Shown here one piece after another: positions 19,491 through 29,374 of a stretch of DNA of 64,000 nt (its first letter is position 1; each line of letters begins with the position of its first letter). The position numbers and the translations under genes were made by a program. The DNA is from a virus (taxonomy: Duplodnaviria > Caudoviricetes): IMG/VR virus record IMGVR_UViG_2785511464_000001, positions 31,771 to 95,770 of that record, one strand, 5' to 3'. Under the pieces are notes generated by a model. It saw nothing but the letters and a program-made list of their open reading frames with translations, ran no database searches and had not been told where the DNA came from.

Positions 19491-22400
19491 CCGAAGCCCG
19501 CGTAACCCAGGCGGGTACGAGCCTGGTTTCAAATCAGACCCCCGATGCTCGGGCTACGCAGGTGTCTGCCGCCGTCGTCGGCACAGGCAACCCGGAAGCG
19601 CGCCTCACTCAGGCAGCAATCATGGTGTTGCACCGCGCCAAGAAGCCCCGGAGCCCGACCAAACAGGTTCCGGTGGTTACCACGATGACATCCTCGCGTG
19701 GCATCGCTGGCGACCTGTACTACCGGAGCGTCGCGTTCCTGATGTCGTCCCGCACGGGTGCGCGTGACGCTAGCAAGTACAGGCGAACCATATCGGGGGA
19801 CAAAAGGTTCGGCCCCCGCGTAATCGAAGACCCGACGCTGTTCGGGACGGCGTTCCATATGGGTGACCCCGACTACTTTTCCAATATGGTTAGTCGGACG
19901 GATTTGGGGGCACGAGCGGCACCTGACCCGGACGCCTTCTATTTCGGGCGCGGCGGTTTCACCGTTGAGGCTTGGGTCCGACCCTCCAAAGATACATGTG
20001 GCGTGCTCAGTTGCTACGACACCGATAGCAGTGAGCGGGGTTGGGCTCTTCTCCTCCGCAACGGTCGAAGGCTGACGTTTTACGGTTCTGAGAGCAACAT
20101 TGAAGCAGACGTGAACATCGAAGGGCCGGTGATCCCACTCAATACGTGGACACACGTCTGCGTTGACCGGGATGCGTCTGGGAAGTTCCGCATGTATGTC
20201 AACGGGGTTATGGTCGCCTCCCTGGTGTCAGGTATCGAGATCAGGAAGAGCGCTGCGCACCTCAACGTGCTTGGGTATAGCACAGCCGCAGACCTTGGGT
20301 TCGCCGGTCGTGCCGATGATCTTCGTTTGACTGTCGGTGTGGCCCGCTACGCGTCGGACACAGGGTTCGATGTTCCGACCAGACGCGTGGCAACACCGCA
20401 GCTTGACCCGCTGGATCACGAAAACGACCCCTATTGGGATTTGGTGAGCCTCTGCTTCGACGCAGAGACACCCACGCCCGTAGACCGGTCGAAGCGATCC
20501 ACGCCCCTGACCCCGGTGACTGAAAAAACGACTTACCTCACCATGCTGTATGGCGACACCAGTCGCTTCAGCTGGAACAGCGCTACCCCAATAGTTGCGG
20601 AGAACGTTGACGGCCAGTTCGACCTATCGGGCGGGCTGTTCACGATTGAACTCGTCGCTGGATATAACACTTCGGCGGCCTCAGCAGCTACTGTTCTCGC
20701 AGTGCCGGACCAGTGGCGCGTTAATGTAAACAGGAACGCTTGGTTGTTCCAGGTGTGGGACGGCAGTGCGTGGGTTACTGTGGTCTCTGAAGGCGGGCTC
20801 ATCGAAAGGTACGGGAAGGTCGATCACGTCGCCGTGGTGCGAGACCGCACGGGCGTCTACTCCCTGTACCTGAATGGTGGGCTCGCGGCGCAGAGCGGGG
20901 GACCGGGCCTGCCGCCTGTCGCGAACCCGAACCTGACGATCTATACCGGGGGCAACGTCCTCCTTACCGAGGTTCGTATCACAAAGGGCGTAGCGCGCTG
21001 GGATGATGCGTTTGGCTTGCCGGCTCACGAGGTCAACGACCCCCTTCCTCTGCAGGGGCCTGCTTACGTTCCGACACCCACACCGCCTGCCGTATATCCA
21101 CGCGAGCTTGTTGTCGTGAACCCCGAGACACGGGACGAGCCGGGTTCCGAGTGGAAGGCCGTCGCGGGCAATACGCCGGGGCGGTACAACAAATACACCC
21201 ACGTAGGCCCTGTTGACGAAGCCCCGAACAAGTTTTGGTTCATGCACTTCAACAACACGACCCGGACGTTCGTCACCCAGACCCTTACGATCCCGCGCGG
21301 GTATGCCGAAGACATCAATCAGGGGCTTGTCGATGTGGTCTGCGGGTCTCTCATGGCCCTGGCGCAGGCGGTCGATGGGTCTTGCGCGAGCTTCCACGTC
21401 AGACCGGTAACCGCCTCCGGTGCTCGTGTTGGTTGGGTGGCTGGCCCCCGGTTGAGCTCTGGGGGTTGGCATGAGGTTGAGGTTCGTACACCTCTCCCTC
21501 CGGACACTGTGGCCGTCGAGATCGCGTTCGGGGTGTACAACAAACCGAGCTCCGTAGAAGTGATGGCAACCAGCCTCAGCGCACGCCTTGAGCGAAGGGC
21601 GGAGCCCGTGACTTACATGCCCGGACCAACATACCCCATGGTCGCCTCCGAGTGGGTAGCTTCGCAGGGCTCCCTTGATTTACGTTCGACGGACTACGGC
21701 CTATCGGTCCTTGGTCAGAAGGCGATGACTGCGGAGTACCATTTCCCGGCAGCGCTTCCTGCGGATATGCACTCCCAGATCGACACAGGGGAGTGCGCGT
21801 TGACCCTGACCTGGGCCGGCGTCCGGGACGTAGACTCCTCCGATGGCGGGCATGTCTGGATCGAGTTCTTTGATGGGGTGGACACCCAGCTGGGGGAACG
21901 CATCCGAGACAGGTACAGCAATCTCATCCACGACGAAGCCGGTGCCAGCTTCTCGCTGCTGGCTGCTGTGCCGGCGGGGGCGCGCAGTGTACGCCTGGGT
22001 GTGACGGCCATCCGAAGCCACAACGAGAGCTCGACCGAATACGCCGACTTCTACCCGACGGGCTTCAGCTGGTGTTTGACCACGCCGCAGGAGCTACCCG
22101 CTCCGCGTCCGCCGGGGCCTGTACTCACCCACGACCCGCATTGGGGCAAGGTCCGCTACCTCCTCTCTTCGCGAAATGGCGTCATCGAGAACCTGGCGCG
22201 GTCTGTTGAGGTGAAGCACGACGTACATGGGACTGTGGCGGTCGCCGCTGGGGAGGGGCCATTCGGTGATGGGAACAGCCTCGGGATCAACGTGGCCGGA
22301 GCGTCAAGCGCGGCGAGTTACATCGACGTGGACCTGATAGGCGATACGATTGCCGGCGCGTTCACGGTCGAGTTGTGGCTTCGGAAGACTGGCCCGGACC

Positions 22401-23413
22401 CGCGATCATACAGCGGCTTGATGACCGGTTGGGGTGGCATGGGGGATTACTATAGCCAACCCCTGCACATGCGTCGTAATACGATCCATGCCGACGGACC
22501 TCTGACGATTGGTGAGTGGTATCACGTCGCGCTGTGCCGGGATGATCTCGGTGCGCTAAGCATGTTCGTGAATGGTGAGCGGCAGCGTATGGGGGGTGCC
22601 GAGACCACGGCGTTCCCCGCAGCGTTCAATGTCGGTCGCTCGGGAACATCCTCAAGCTATGCCTCGTGGCCGGGATACATCGACGAGTTCCGCCTGACCG
22701 AAGGGGTCATTCGATATACGGAGGACTTCGTGCCGCCGGCCTCCCGGTTCCCCGCGCAGGGCCTTCCCGGAGCACCAGGGTCGCTGAACCCAGAGGTCTA
22801 CGCCCAGTATGGGGCGGGAGCCAATCTGGAGAGTTACGGCTGGGGTCTGCGCACCGGGGCGGACGACAAGACTGTTCTGATCGCCATCCTTACAGGGTGC
22901 GGCCCCACACAGAGCGCGGAGCCCACAGCAGTCACCGTAAACGGGGCACCGGCCACCCTCGTTCACGCATCCGACCCGTTTGAGGCTTACTCTGGAGTGG
23001 ACGCTACTCTCCAGCTCTGGAAGTTCCCTATGCCCGTGGCCGGCAGGGCGGACATTCTTGTGAGCTGGCCTTCCAGCCAGTATCGGTTTGCGGGGGCCGC
23101 GTGGGTCGTGGATGGCGACATTGAAGTGATCGGGACAGCTGTCGGCGACAACCTGTCTTCGAGTAGTGTGGCTGTGCCTGTGGAGGCTGGTGGCCACGTG
23201 TTTGCCGTGGGTGGGCACAGCTTCAACAGCTCGAATTACCAGATGGTGCTTGGCGACAAGGCCATCGGGGCCGATGACCCTGCCCACGTAATCTCCCTCG
23301 ATGACACGGGCTACACCGGGGTCGATGCGGGGTTGATGGTGCTCGCCGAGCTCCACAACAACGCCACGACGCTGCACCGCTTCATGGCCGTCAGCGTTCG
23401 CAAGAAACCGTAG
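19487..23413 (+). CDS. Multi-LamG receptor-binding/tail protein
   Basis: Three repeats of FTVE.W...W.HV...R....L..NG...DE.R.T.G..RY. Confidence 0.75.
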   Translation: MTEARVTQAGTSLVSNQTPDARATQVSAAVVGTGNPEARLTQAAIMVLHRAKKPRSPTKQVPVVTTMTSSRGIAGDLYYRSVAFLMSSRTGARDASKYRRTISGDKRFGPRVIEDPTLFGTAFHMGDPDYFSNMVSRTDLGARAAPDPDAFYFGRGGFTVEAWVRPSKDTCGVLSCYDTDSSERGWALLLRNGRRLTFYGSESNIEADVNIEGPVIPLNTWTHVCVDRDASGKFRMYVNGVMVASLVSGIEIRKSAAHLNVLGYSTAADLGFAGRADDLRLTVGVARYASDTGFDVPTRRVATPQLDPLDHENDPYWDLVSLCFDAETPTPVDRSKRSTPLTPVTEKTTYLTMLYGDTSRFSWNSATPIVAENVDGQFDLSGGLFTIELVAGYNTSAASAATVLAVPDQWRVNVNRNAWLFQVWDGSAWVTVVSEGGLIERYGKVDHVAVVRDRTGVYSLYLNGGLAAQSGGPGLPPVANPNLTIYTGGNVLLTEVRITKGVARWDDAFGLPAHEVNDPLPLQGPAYVPTPTPPAVYPRELVVVNPETRDEPGSEWKAVAGNTPGRYNKYTHVGPVDEAPNKFWFMHFNNTTRTFVTQTLTIPRGYAEDINQGLVDVVCGSLMALAQAVDGSCASFHVRPVTASGARVGWVAGPRLSSGGWHEVEVRTPLPPDTVAVEIAFGVYNKPSSVEVMATSLSARLERRAEPVTYMPGPTYPMVASEWVASQGSLDLRSTDYGLSVLGQKAMTAEYHFPAALPADMHSQIDTGECALTLTWAGVRDVDSSDGGHVWIEFFDGVDTQLGERIRDRYSNLIHDEAGASFSLLAAVPAGARSVRLGVTAIRSHNESSTEYADFYPTGFSWCLTTPQELPAPRPPGPVLTHDPHWGKVRYLLSSRNGVIENLARSVEVKHDVHGTVAVAAGEGPFGDGNSLGINVAGASSAASYIDVDLIGDTIAGAFTVELWLRKTGPDPRSYSGLMTGWGGMGDYYSQPLHMRRNTIHADGPLTIGEWYHVALCRDDLGALSMFVNGERQRMGGAETTAFPAAFNVGRSGTSSSYASWPGYIDEFRLTEGVIRYTEDFVPPASRFPAQGLPGAPGSLNPEVYAQYGAGANLESYGWGLRTGADDKTVLIAILTGCGPTQSAEPTAVTVNGAPATLVHASDPFEAYSGVDATLQLWKFPMPVAGRADILVSWPSSQYRFAGAAWVVDGDIEVIGTAVGDNLSSSSVAVPVEAGGHVFAVGGHSFNSSNYQMVLGDKAIGADDPAHVISLDDTGYTGVDAGLMVLAELHNNATTLHRFMAVSVRKKP

Positions 23414-23432
23414 ATTTGCAATTAATTGCATT

Positions 23433-23462
23433 CCCCGGAGCAGGAGGCGCTCTGCTCCGGGG
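23433..23462 (+). terminator. Strong hairpin between tail and lysis modules
   Basis: CCCCGGAGCAG-N8-CTGCTCCGGGG, just after the box at 23417; no U-tract. Confidence 0.45.
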
Positions 23463-23570
23463 GATAAACCGCGTACCGGTTTGTCGAGGTTCCCGCGACA
23501 CATGGCAGGGGGACTGCTATACAGGCGGAAATGCAATTAATTGCACAAGCCCGCAGGTGTCGAGGTTCCC

Positions 23571-24704
23571 ATGGTTACGAAGAGCGAACTCCGCAAGTTT
23601 CTGCCTAACGCCAAGTCCGCGCTTGTCGATGCCGTCGTGCGCAACTGGCATGCTGCCGAGCGCGCTCGCATCGTCACACCGGCCCGCAAGCGCCAGTTCT
23701 TCGCGAACATCGCCACAGAGACCGGTGGCCTGACGAAGCTGGTTGAGAGCATGACCTATTCGAGCGCCAGCCGCATTCGTCAGACGTGGCCCTCCCGGTT
23801 TGCCAGTGATGCAGAGGCCCGCCCCTATGTGCGCCAGGCAAAGAAGCTCGCCATCAAGGTGTATGGCGGTCGTATGGGCAACGCCGCGTACCCCAGCGAC
23901 GATGGCTGGCGCTTCCGTGGCGGCGGCATGATGATGACCTCTGGCCGCGCCGGCTATCGGAGCATGGGCTTTGAAGACAACCCGTCGGTCCTGCAGCGGG
24001 ACGCAGACCGGGCCTTCCTCGCGGCTGTACGTGAGTGGCAGAACCGGGGCTGTAACGGTCTTGCCGACCGAGGGGATACGAAAGGCGTCCGCCGCGCCAT
24101 CAATGGCGGTCTGATCGGCCTCAATCACGTCGAGCACTATCTGGTGCAGGCGCTTGCCGTCTGGCCTGACGTAGCTGCTACGCATGGCATCACTGACAAG
24201 GGGACGGTCCAGCACGTCCAGCGGAAGCTGAAGGCGTTGGGGTACACCGAAGTCGGTGCAGATGACGGCATCATCGGCAGGTTCACCCGGACAGCCATTC
24301 TCGCGTTCCGGTCGGACAATGGCCTGCCCCTGGCGACGATCATCGATCACGATCTGCTGGGTGCTCTGCGGGTAGCCCGCCCACGCGCCGTTGATCCGGG
24401 TCGGTCGAAGGCTCCGGTCAGCGACGTGGCGAAGAGGGTGCCCGAGGTCAAGGCCAATTGGTGGTCCAAGGTGCTCTCGGCCTTTACGGCTCTGGGTAGC
24501 GGCACAGCCGCCCTCGTCACGGGCACAGCCGATCACCTGGGTGCAGCCAAAGCGTATGTCGAACCGGTCAAGGAATACGCCTCAAGCATCCCGACACCTC
24601 TGTGGCTGGTTGTGATCGCCGGCATAGCTCTGGCGATCTTTATCATCAGCCGCAATGGCGAGCGGAAGGGGGTCGAGGCGTTCCATACCGGGGAACGCCG
24701 ATGA
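23571..24704 (+). CDS. Endolysin: GH19 chitinase-like domain, PG-binding domain, C-terminal TM helices
   Basis: QFFANIATETGG..ES..Y, DGWRFRGGG...GR..Y, INGG..G; VQRKL..LGY...DG..G..T..AI..F. Confidence 0.85.
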   Translation: MVTKSELRKFLPNAKSALVDAVVRNWHAAERARIVTPARKRQFFANIATETGGLTKLVESMTYSSASRIRQTWPSRFASDAEARPYVRQAKKLAIKVYGGRMGNAAYPSDDGWRFRGGGMMMTSGRAGYRSMGFEDNPSVLQRDADRAFLAAVREWQNRGCNGLADRGDTKGVRRAINGGLIGLNHVEHYLVQALAVWPDVAATHGITDKGTVQHVQRKLKALGYTEVGADDGIIGRFTRTAILAFRSDNGLPLATIIDHDLLGALRVARPRAVDPGRSKAPVSDVAKRVPEVKANWWSKVLSAFTALGSGTAALVTGTADHLGAAKAYVEPVKEYASSIPTPLWLVVIAGIALAIFIISRNGERKGVEAFHTGERR

Positions 24705-24943
24705 CTGCTCCGAAACTGATAATCCACGGTCTGTTGGCGCTTGCCCTGCTGGGCGGCGTCAGCTGGACGGTCCACAAGCTCCTGGAGGGAGCCCGGCAGG
24801 AGGCCATCCAAGATGTCGAAGAAGCAAATCAGGCGAGTGAAGGCAGGGCTGCTCAGGGGCAGGACGCGGTGGACGAATGCTACCGCTCTGGGGGCACTTG
24901 GGATCGCGCTGGCGGCGTGTGTAACCACCCAGCCGGTGAATAA
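24701..24943 (+). CDS. Putative inner-membrane spanin (Rz-like)
   Basis: N-terminal TM helix then helical region with Cys; follows endolysin with ATGA overlap. Confidence 0.55.
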   Translation: MTAPKLIIHGLLALALLGGVSWTVHKLLEGARQEAIQDVEEANQASEGRAAQGQDAVDECYRSGGTWDRAGGVCNHPAGE

Positions 24944-25082
24944 GCCCTGCGGCGTCATCATTGACCCGTTGGGTGACGTGCAGGCCACCACGCAGGAAGG
25001 AAACAGGAGGATCGACGCGCATTTCGAGCGCGGGGTCCGGGCTGGGTGCTGGGAACGATCCTCGGCGCTCAGCGTTCTGTGA
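24813..25082 (+). CDS. Putative outer-membrane lipoprotein spanin (Rz1-like)
   Basis: Lipobox LAAC, overlaps the Rz-like gene in another frame; start uncertain. Confidence 0.55.
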   Translation: MSKKQIRRVKAGLLRGRTRWTNATALGALGIALAACVTTQPVNKPCGVIIDPLGDVQATTQEGNRRIDAHFERGVRAGCWERSSALSVL

Positions 25083-25098
25083 CAGAAGGATACGCCCC

Positions 25099-25407
25099 GT
25101 GCAGTTCTTTGGACACGACCTATCCTTCTGGGCAGCCGTCTTCGGGGCGGCGCTTTTCAAATTGGCCACGTCGCCGCGTTTGACGTGGCTTCGTAGTCTC
25201 ATCTCGGTGTTCGCTGCGTTGTTCGCCGCCTGGGTGTTCACGCGCCCGGTGCTGGCCTTCCTGAACCTCGACGGGGACACCTACACAATCGCGGTCGCGG
25301 TGCTCGCCGGTCTGACCGGGGAAGGGTTGATGAAATGGTCGATCTTCGCAGCAAACAATCCGAAAGAAGCCATCGAGTTTCTAAAGGTTTGGAGACACCC
25401 CCGGTGA
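25099..25407 (+). CDS. Putative holin
   Basis: GTG start after GAAGGA; three hydrophobic helices, basic C-terminus; in lysis cassette. Confidence 0.6.
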   Translation: MQFFGHDLSFWAAVFGAALFKLATSPRLTWLRSLISVFAALFAAWVFTRPVLAFLNLDGDTYTIAVAVLAGLTGEGLMKWSIFAANNPKEAIEFLKVWRHPR

Positions 25408-25614
25408 CCAGCGAAGAACGTGACCCTTGGCCGGCGATCCTCGTGATCGGTTGGCTCTTTCTTCTGCTGCTCGCCCTGCCGGGCACCGCGCGCACAGCGA
25501 CGCCAGCCGAGATCGACCATCCACAGGCAAAATGCGGCGAGTGCAATTAACTGCACTTGCCTCGCCCAGACAATCTGGCATAGTTGAGGGGTAAGCCAAG
25601 GAGGGCGAATACCT

Positions 25615-26826
25615 ATGCTGAAGCTCGCGGTTCAAGCGCAGCTGCCGATGATTGCAGTCACCACACGAGATACCCTGAACCTGCCCGACGTGCTCCAAGA
25701 GATCACGGGGAGGGCTCCGGTCAGATACCTGCCGAACAAGAGCGTCGAGCAGGACACGCTCTACATCTTCACGATTGAAGACCCGACCAAGCTCCCACTG
25801 CTGGAGCTGTACAAGAACCTGCTGGCGAGGGAGAGCACGCTGATCCTCGTCAACCCGAAGAAGGTGGTCGAGCCTCTGTTCGACGCGGGGGAGGTGCCGA
25901 CCCCGAAGAAGATGATGCTGAAGTTCGTGAACTCGGTCGTCGATAACCTTCCCAAATCTGCAGCACTGTCTCGGGGCCTTGGCGGCTGTACGCTGAAGGA
26001 GGCTTCAGATTACATGCGCCTGACCATGGCGCGGGACAACAGCCTCACAGTGCAGGGCATCGGCGAGACGCGGCGGAGCAGCTTTCAGGGCTCCAGCGGC
26101 CTGACCCAAGTCGATCTTCGGCAGGATTTCTATGACCCGCCGGAATACCTCTCGACCTTCGCGCACGCCGAGAAGGGGTTCTTCCTCGAAGGCAAGGACC
26201 ACAGGCTGATCCCGCGTGGTCTGCTGTTCGACGGCCCACCCGGCACAGGCAAGACAGCTGGTGCCCGCTATCTGGCCGAACAGTGGGGCATTCCGCTTTA
26301 CCGCGTGGACATCGCCGGCACCAAGAACAAGTATGTCGGGCAATCCGAAGCGAACATGCTCACCAATCTGGCCCGGCTCGACCATGAGGAGCCTTGTGTG
26401 GCTCTGCTGGACGAGGTGGAGAAGGTCTTCTCGACGTCGCAGGGCGACTCGTCCGGGACGACCTCAAGCATGCTCTCCCAGCTCCTCTGGTGGCTCGCCG
26501 AGCGGCGGTCGAAGGTCTTTGTGGTGATGACCACCAACAACGCACAGGCGCTGCCGAAGGAGCTCTATCGCGAGGGTCGTATCGACGCCAGCATGTGGTT
26601 CGGGGGCCTGACGGGCGAGGAGGCGCTGCCCTTCGTGCAGGCGATCCTGAAGACGTTCAGCGTCGGCAAGAAGGCAAAGCTCACCCAGCTCGCCGATATG
26701 ATCCAGAAGACCCCTGCCATCGCAGGCACCCAGCCCATGCGGTACAGCCAAGCCGCGCTCACGAAGGCCACCTACGCTTTCGTGAAGGGGCTGACGAAAC
26801 AGGCTTTGTCCGAGCAGGACGCCTGA
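25615..26826 (+). CDS. AAA+ ATPase (Ycf46/SpoVK-like)
   Basis: GPPGTGKT, LLDEVEK, TTNN...REGRID. Confidence 0.9.
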   Translation: MLKLAVQAQLPMIAVTTRDTLNLPDVLQEITGRAPVRYLPNKSVEQDTLYIFTIEDPTKLPLLELYKNLLARESTLILVNPKKVVEPLFDAGEVPTPKKMMLKFVNSVVDNLPKSAALSRGLGGCTLKEASDYMRLTMARDNSLTVQGIGETRRSSFQGSSGLTQVDLRQDFYDPPEYLSTFAHAEKGFFLEGKDHRLIPRGLLFDGPPGTGKTAGARYLAEQWGIPLYRVDIAGTKNKYVGQSEANMLTNLARLDHEEPCVALLDEVEKVFSTSQGDSSGTTSSMLSQLLWWLAERRSKVFVVMTTNNAQALPKELYREGRIDASMWFGGLTGEEALPFVQAILKTFSVGKKAKLTQLADMIQKTPAIAGTQPMRYSQAALTKATYAFVKGLTKQALSEQDA

Positions 26827-26867
26827 TAGAATTGAAATTAATTGCATCAAATCAAAGGAGTGACCTG

Positions 26868-27560
26868 ATGCAGGAGAACCAAATCCCTGAAAAGTTCCCC
26901 CTGATGCCTGGCTCGTCCTCGGGTATGACGTATCTGCTTCTTGGTCGGCGTGGAAACATGGTGATCGGCATCAAGCCGACCGTGGTCATGCGTGGCGAGG
27001 CGTTCGGCAGCCCTGGCAATACGTGGTTCGGATCGAAGCTGCGCGTCGCCCCCGGCGGCGATCTCATCGAGCAGGACGATGGTCCCGTCGTGTCCCTCGC
27101 CAACGCCCAGAAATTCAGCAGGCCGAGCGAAGCGCTGCCTGACGTCTCGTGGGACAATAACGGCAGTCAGAGGGCGTCAACCACCATCGGCGTCATGCTC
27201 GAAGGTGCGCCCGACGGCACTGACGAAGAGCTGAAGGAGTTCCTGAAAAACCTCGAAGACGGCTCTTTGTCTGCGAAGATGACGGCCTATGTCGTCAATC
27301 TGGTCGGAGAGGAGAACCTGAAGACCTCCAAGGAGCTGATCACCGAGTGGTTCGATTATCACTACGGCGAGATCAAGCAGGCGCTCCTGAAACAGAACGA
27401 GAAGCGCAAGGCACTCAAGGAAGCGATCAAGGAGACGGTCGGCGTCGTGGGTGTGCAGGCGGACGTCCTGAAGAAGGTCTACGCCAAGGTGGAGAAGGTG
27501 CACGAGAATGCCGACCCGAGCACCGACATCGTGGAAGACGAATACCATCCCCCGGCATAG
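26868..27560 (+). CDS. Hypothetical protein
   Basis: AAGGAG RBS, ATG 26868, phage-like codon usage. Confidence 0.7.
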   Translation: MQENQIPEKFPLMPGSSSGMTYLLLGRRGNMVIGIKPTVVMRGEAFGSPGNTWFGSKLRVAPGGDLIEQDDGPVVSLANAQKFSRPSEALPDVSWDNNGSQRASTTIGVMLEGAPDGTDEELKEFLKNLEDGSLSAKMTAYVVNLVGEENLKTSKELITEWFDYHYGEIKQALLKQNEKRKALKEAIKETVGVVGVQADVLKKVYAKVEKVHENADPSTDIVEDEYHPPA

Positions 27561-27580
27561 GGCGCGCAATTAATTGCAAG

Positions 27581-27612
27581 CGCTGGGGGCTTCAGTCCCC
27601 GGCGGTTCTTTG
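27581..27612 (+). terminator. Intrinsic terminator-like hairpin
   Basis: CGCTGGGGGC-TTCA-GTCCCCGGCG-GTTCTTT right after the box at 27565. Confidence 0.6.
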
Positions 27613-27636
27613 GGTACTGGCGAGACAGGGGGAGCC

Positions 27637-27858
27637 ATGAACCAGACCAAACCCGATTACGAGGCGCATCCGCGCCTGTACAAGCGCTGCCGGCAGCTCG
27701 TGGGCGACGAGGAGGCGGCGCGCGTTCTTTGCACGATGGTGGTCAAGACGGCCCCGAACAACGGGCACGGCGGGATCATTCTCGAAGGAGAGATGTTCTG
27801 GCTTCCCTCGCACATACGGAAGCTGGAGCTCCACAAACTGATGGGGGCGATGCACTGA
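27637..27858 (+). CDS. Hypothetical protein
   Basis: GGGAG RBS; coupled to next gene by TGATG. Confidence 0.55.
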   Translation: MNQTKPDYEAHPRLYKRCRQLVGDEEAARVLCTMVVKTAPNNGHGGIILEGEMFWLPSHIRKLELHKLMGAMH

Positions 27859-28796
27859 TGTCGAACATGCTTGCACGAGCACACAAGGCTGCCGGGGACA
27901 TGGTGTCTGCCGTGGTCTTCCTCCGCATAGCCTTTCGATACCATCAGGCGGTGAGGGCCGGGCGGGAGTGGACCGCGCAGTCCTACGACGACCTCATGGG
28001 CGAGACAGGCTGCTCTCAGAAGCAGATCAAACGGGCTCTCGCGAAGCTTCGGGAGGCCGACCTGATCGTCTCGAAGCAGGGTCTTTTCGGCAACCGGAAC
28101 GTCAATCATTTCCAGTTGACGGGGAAGGGGCTGAAGGCCCTTGAGGGACCGCCCAAGCAGACCCTGGAGGGACCACCCAAGCAGGCCCTACAGGGACCGC
28201 TCTATATACAGGGAGAGACAACAGGGAGTGACAACATGGAGTTTAGCGGGAAGCCTCCCGCCAAGGCGGCACGGAAGGGTTCGGGAAAGCTCGGGAAAGG
28301 GATGACCGTATCCGAAGTCCTGGCGTCTCAGGCGGCGAAGAAGCATCACCACAAGCCCGATACGGTGAAGCAGCTGGAGTTCGTCTGGAAGGAGACGTTC
28401 GCCGAAGTCTACGATCAGGGGATGGTCCACCTGACGAAGAAGCAGGCCGGGTTGCTGAAGCACTTCCTCGCGAAGTGTCCGCAGGGCTCTGCCGCCGAGG
28501 TGCTTGAGTGGGCAATCCGAAACTGGATCGAGTTCGTGAAGGATGTCGAGACCAAGGCCGGCACGAAATGGACACCCAGCCACCCCGATCTCGAATTTCT
28601 CTTGAAACACGCATGGATCGCTGTAGACTCGGCCCTCTCTCAGAAATCGCCGGAGCCGGTGAAGCAGGAGGCTACTGCCGAGACTTCGACGAAAGAGAGT
28701 GTGCAATTAATTTCACAAGACGATGACGACGATCAGCCCAAGACCTTCGAGGAGCTGATGGCCATCCTCGGCTCGGGAGACAAATCGAAGCTATGA
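27858..28796 (+). CDS. Putative replication initiator (N-terminal winged HTH)
   Basis: SYDDLMGETGCSQKQIKRALAKLREADLI HTH; internal 24-bp repeats; upstream of loader and DnaB. Confidence 0.65.
   Translation: MSNMLARAHKAAGDMVSAVVFLRIAFRYHQAVRAGREWTAQSYDDLMGETGCSQKQIKRALAKLREADLIVSKQGLFGNRNVNHFQLTGKGLKALEGPPKQTLEGPPKQALQGPLYIQGETTGSDNMEFSGKPPAKAARKGSGKLGKGMTVSEVLASQAAKKHHHKPDTVKQLEFVWKETFAEVYDQGMVHLTKKQAGLLKHFLAKCPQGSAAEVLEWAIRNWIEFVKDVETKAGTKWTPSHPDLEFLLKHAWIAVDSALSQKSPEPVKQEATAETSTKESVQLISQDDDDDQPKTFEELMAILGSGDKSKL
28138..28200 (+). repeat. 24-bp tandem repeats (about 2.6 copies), iteron-like
   Basis: CCCTTGAGGGACCGCCCAAGCAGA / CCCTGGAGGGACCACCCAAGCAGG / CCCTACAGGGACCGC. Confidence 0.8.
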
Positions 28797-29362
28797 CCCT
28801 GCTTGCCGATCCTTACGCATCCGGCGTCTTGAAGAAGGAGCACCACGAGCGGCTTGTCGCCGATCTCGAAAGCTTCGCGCGGGACGCCGGCATTCAGCCG
28901 CACTGGATTTGGTCGCAGCTGCCTGAAGACATGACGGGCAGCCAGCTGGCCTATCTGAGGCAGTTCCGAAAGCACGCTTCCGAGGGCACGTCGGGACTGA
29001 TCATCCTCGGCAAGAACGACAAGGGGTTCGTGGAGGCGCACATGTCGGCCATGGCCGGGGCTCTGGTGCGAAACTTCATCCGGGCTCGGGTGATGACCCT
29101 CGGGACGGTCATCGACCTTCTGGCGAAGCAGGAGATGCCCGACCTGACCTGCCTCCTCATTCCGAACTTCTTCCTTACTGCCAGCGAGACCGGGACCATC
29201 GCGCCTTGGCAGGTGAACTCCCTGTTCGATTACCTGACCTATCGGCAGGTGGCCGGCCTGCAGACGATCCTCTACGCGACCGATCTGGGGCTGCTGGGCA
29301 AGGAGTACGGGCTGGCGTTCAAGCGCCATATCGAAGTCCATTACATGCAAGCAAAGTTTTAG
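28793..29362 (+). CDS. Putative degenerate DnaC/IstB-like helicase loader
   Basis: Sits between initiator and DnaB; LFDYL..R...GLQTIL resembles the DnaC C-terminus; no intact Walker A. Confidence 0.45.
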   Translation: MTLLADPYASGVLKKEHHERLVADLESFARDAGIQPHWIWSQLPEDMTGSQLAYLRQFRKHASEGTSGLIILGKNDKGFVEAHMSAMAGALVRNFIRARVMTLGTVIDLLAKQEMPDLTCLLIPNFFLTASETGTIAPWQVNSLFDYLTYRQVAGLQTILYATDLGLLGKEYGLAFKRHIEVHYMQAKF

Positions 29363-29374
29363 GGGGGCGGACCT

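Noticed and set aside
19487-23413. Diversity-generating retroelement or invertible fibre cassette
   Set aside because: No reverse transcriptase, TR/VR pair or inverted fibre segments seen
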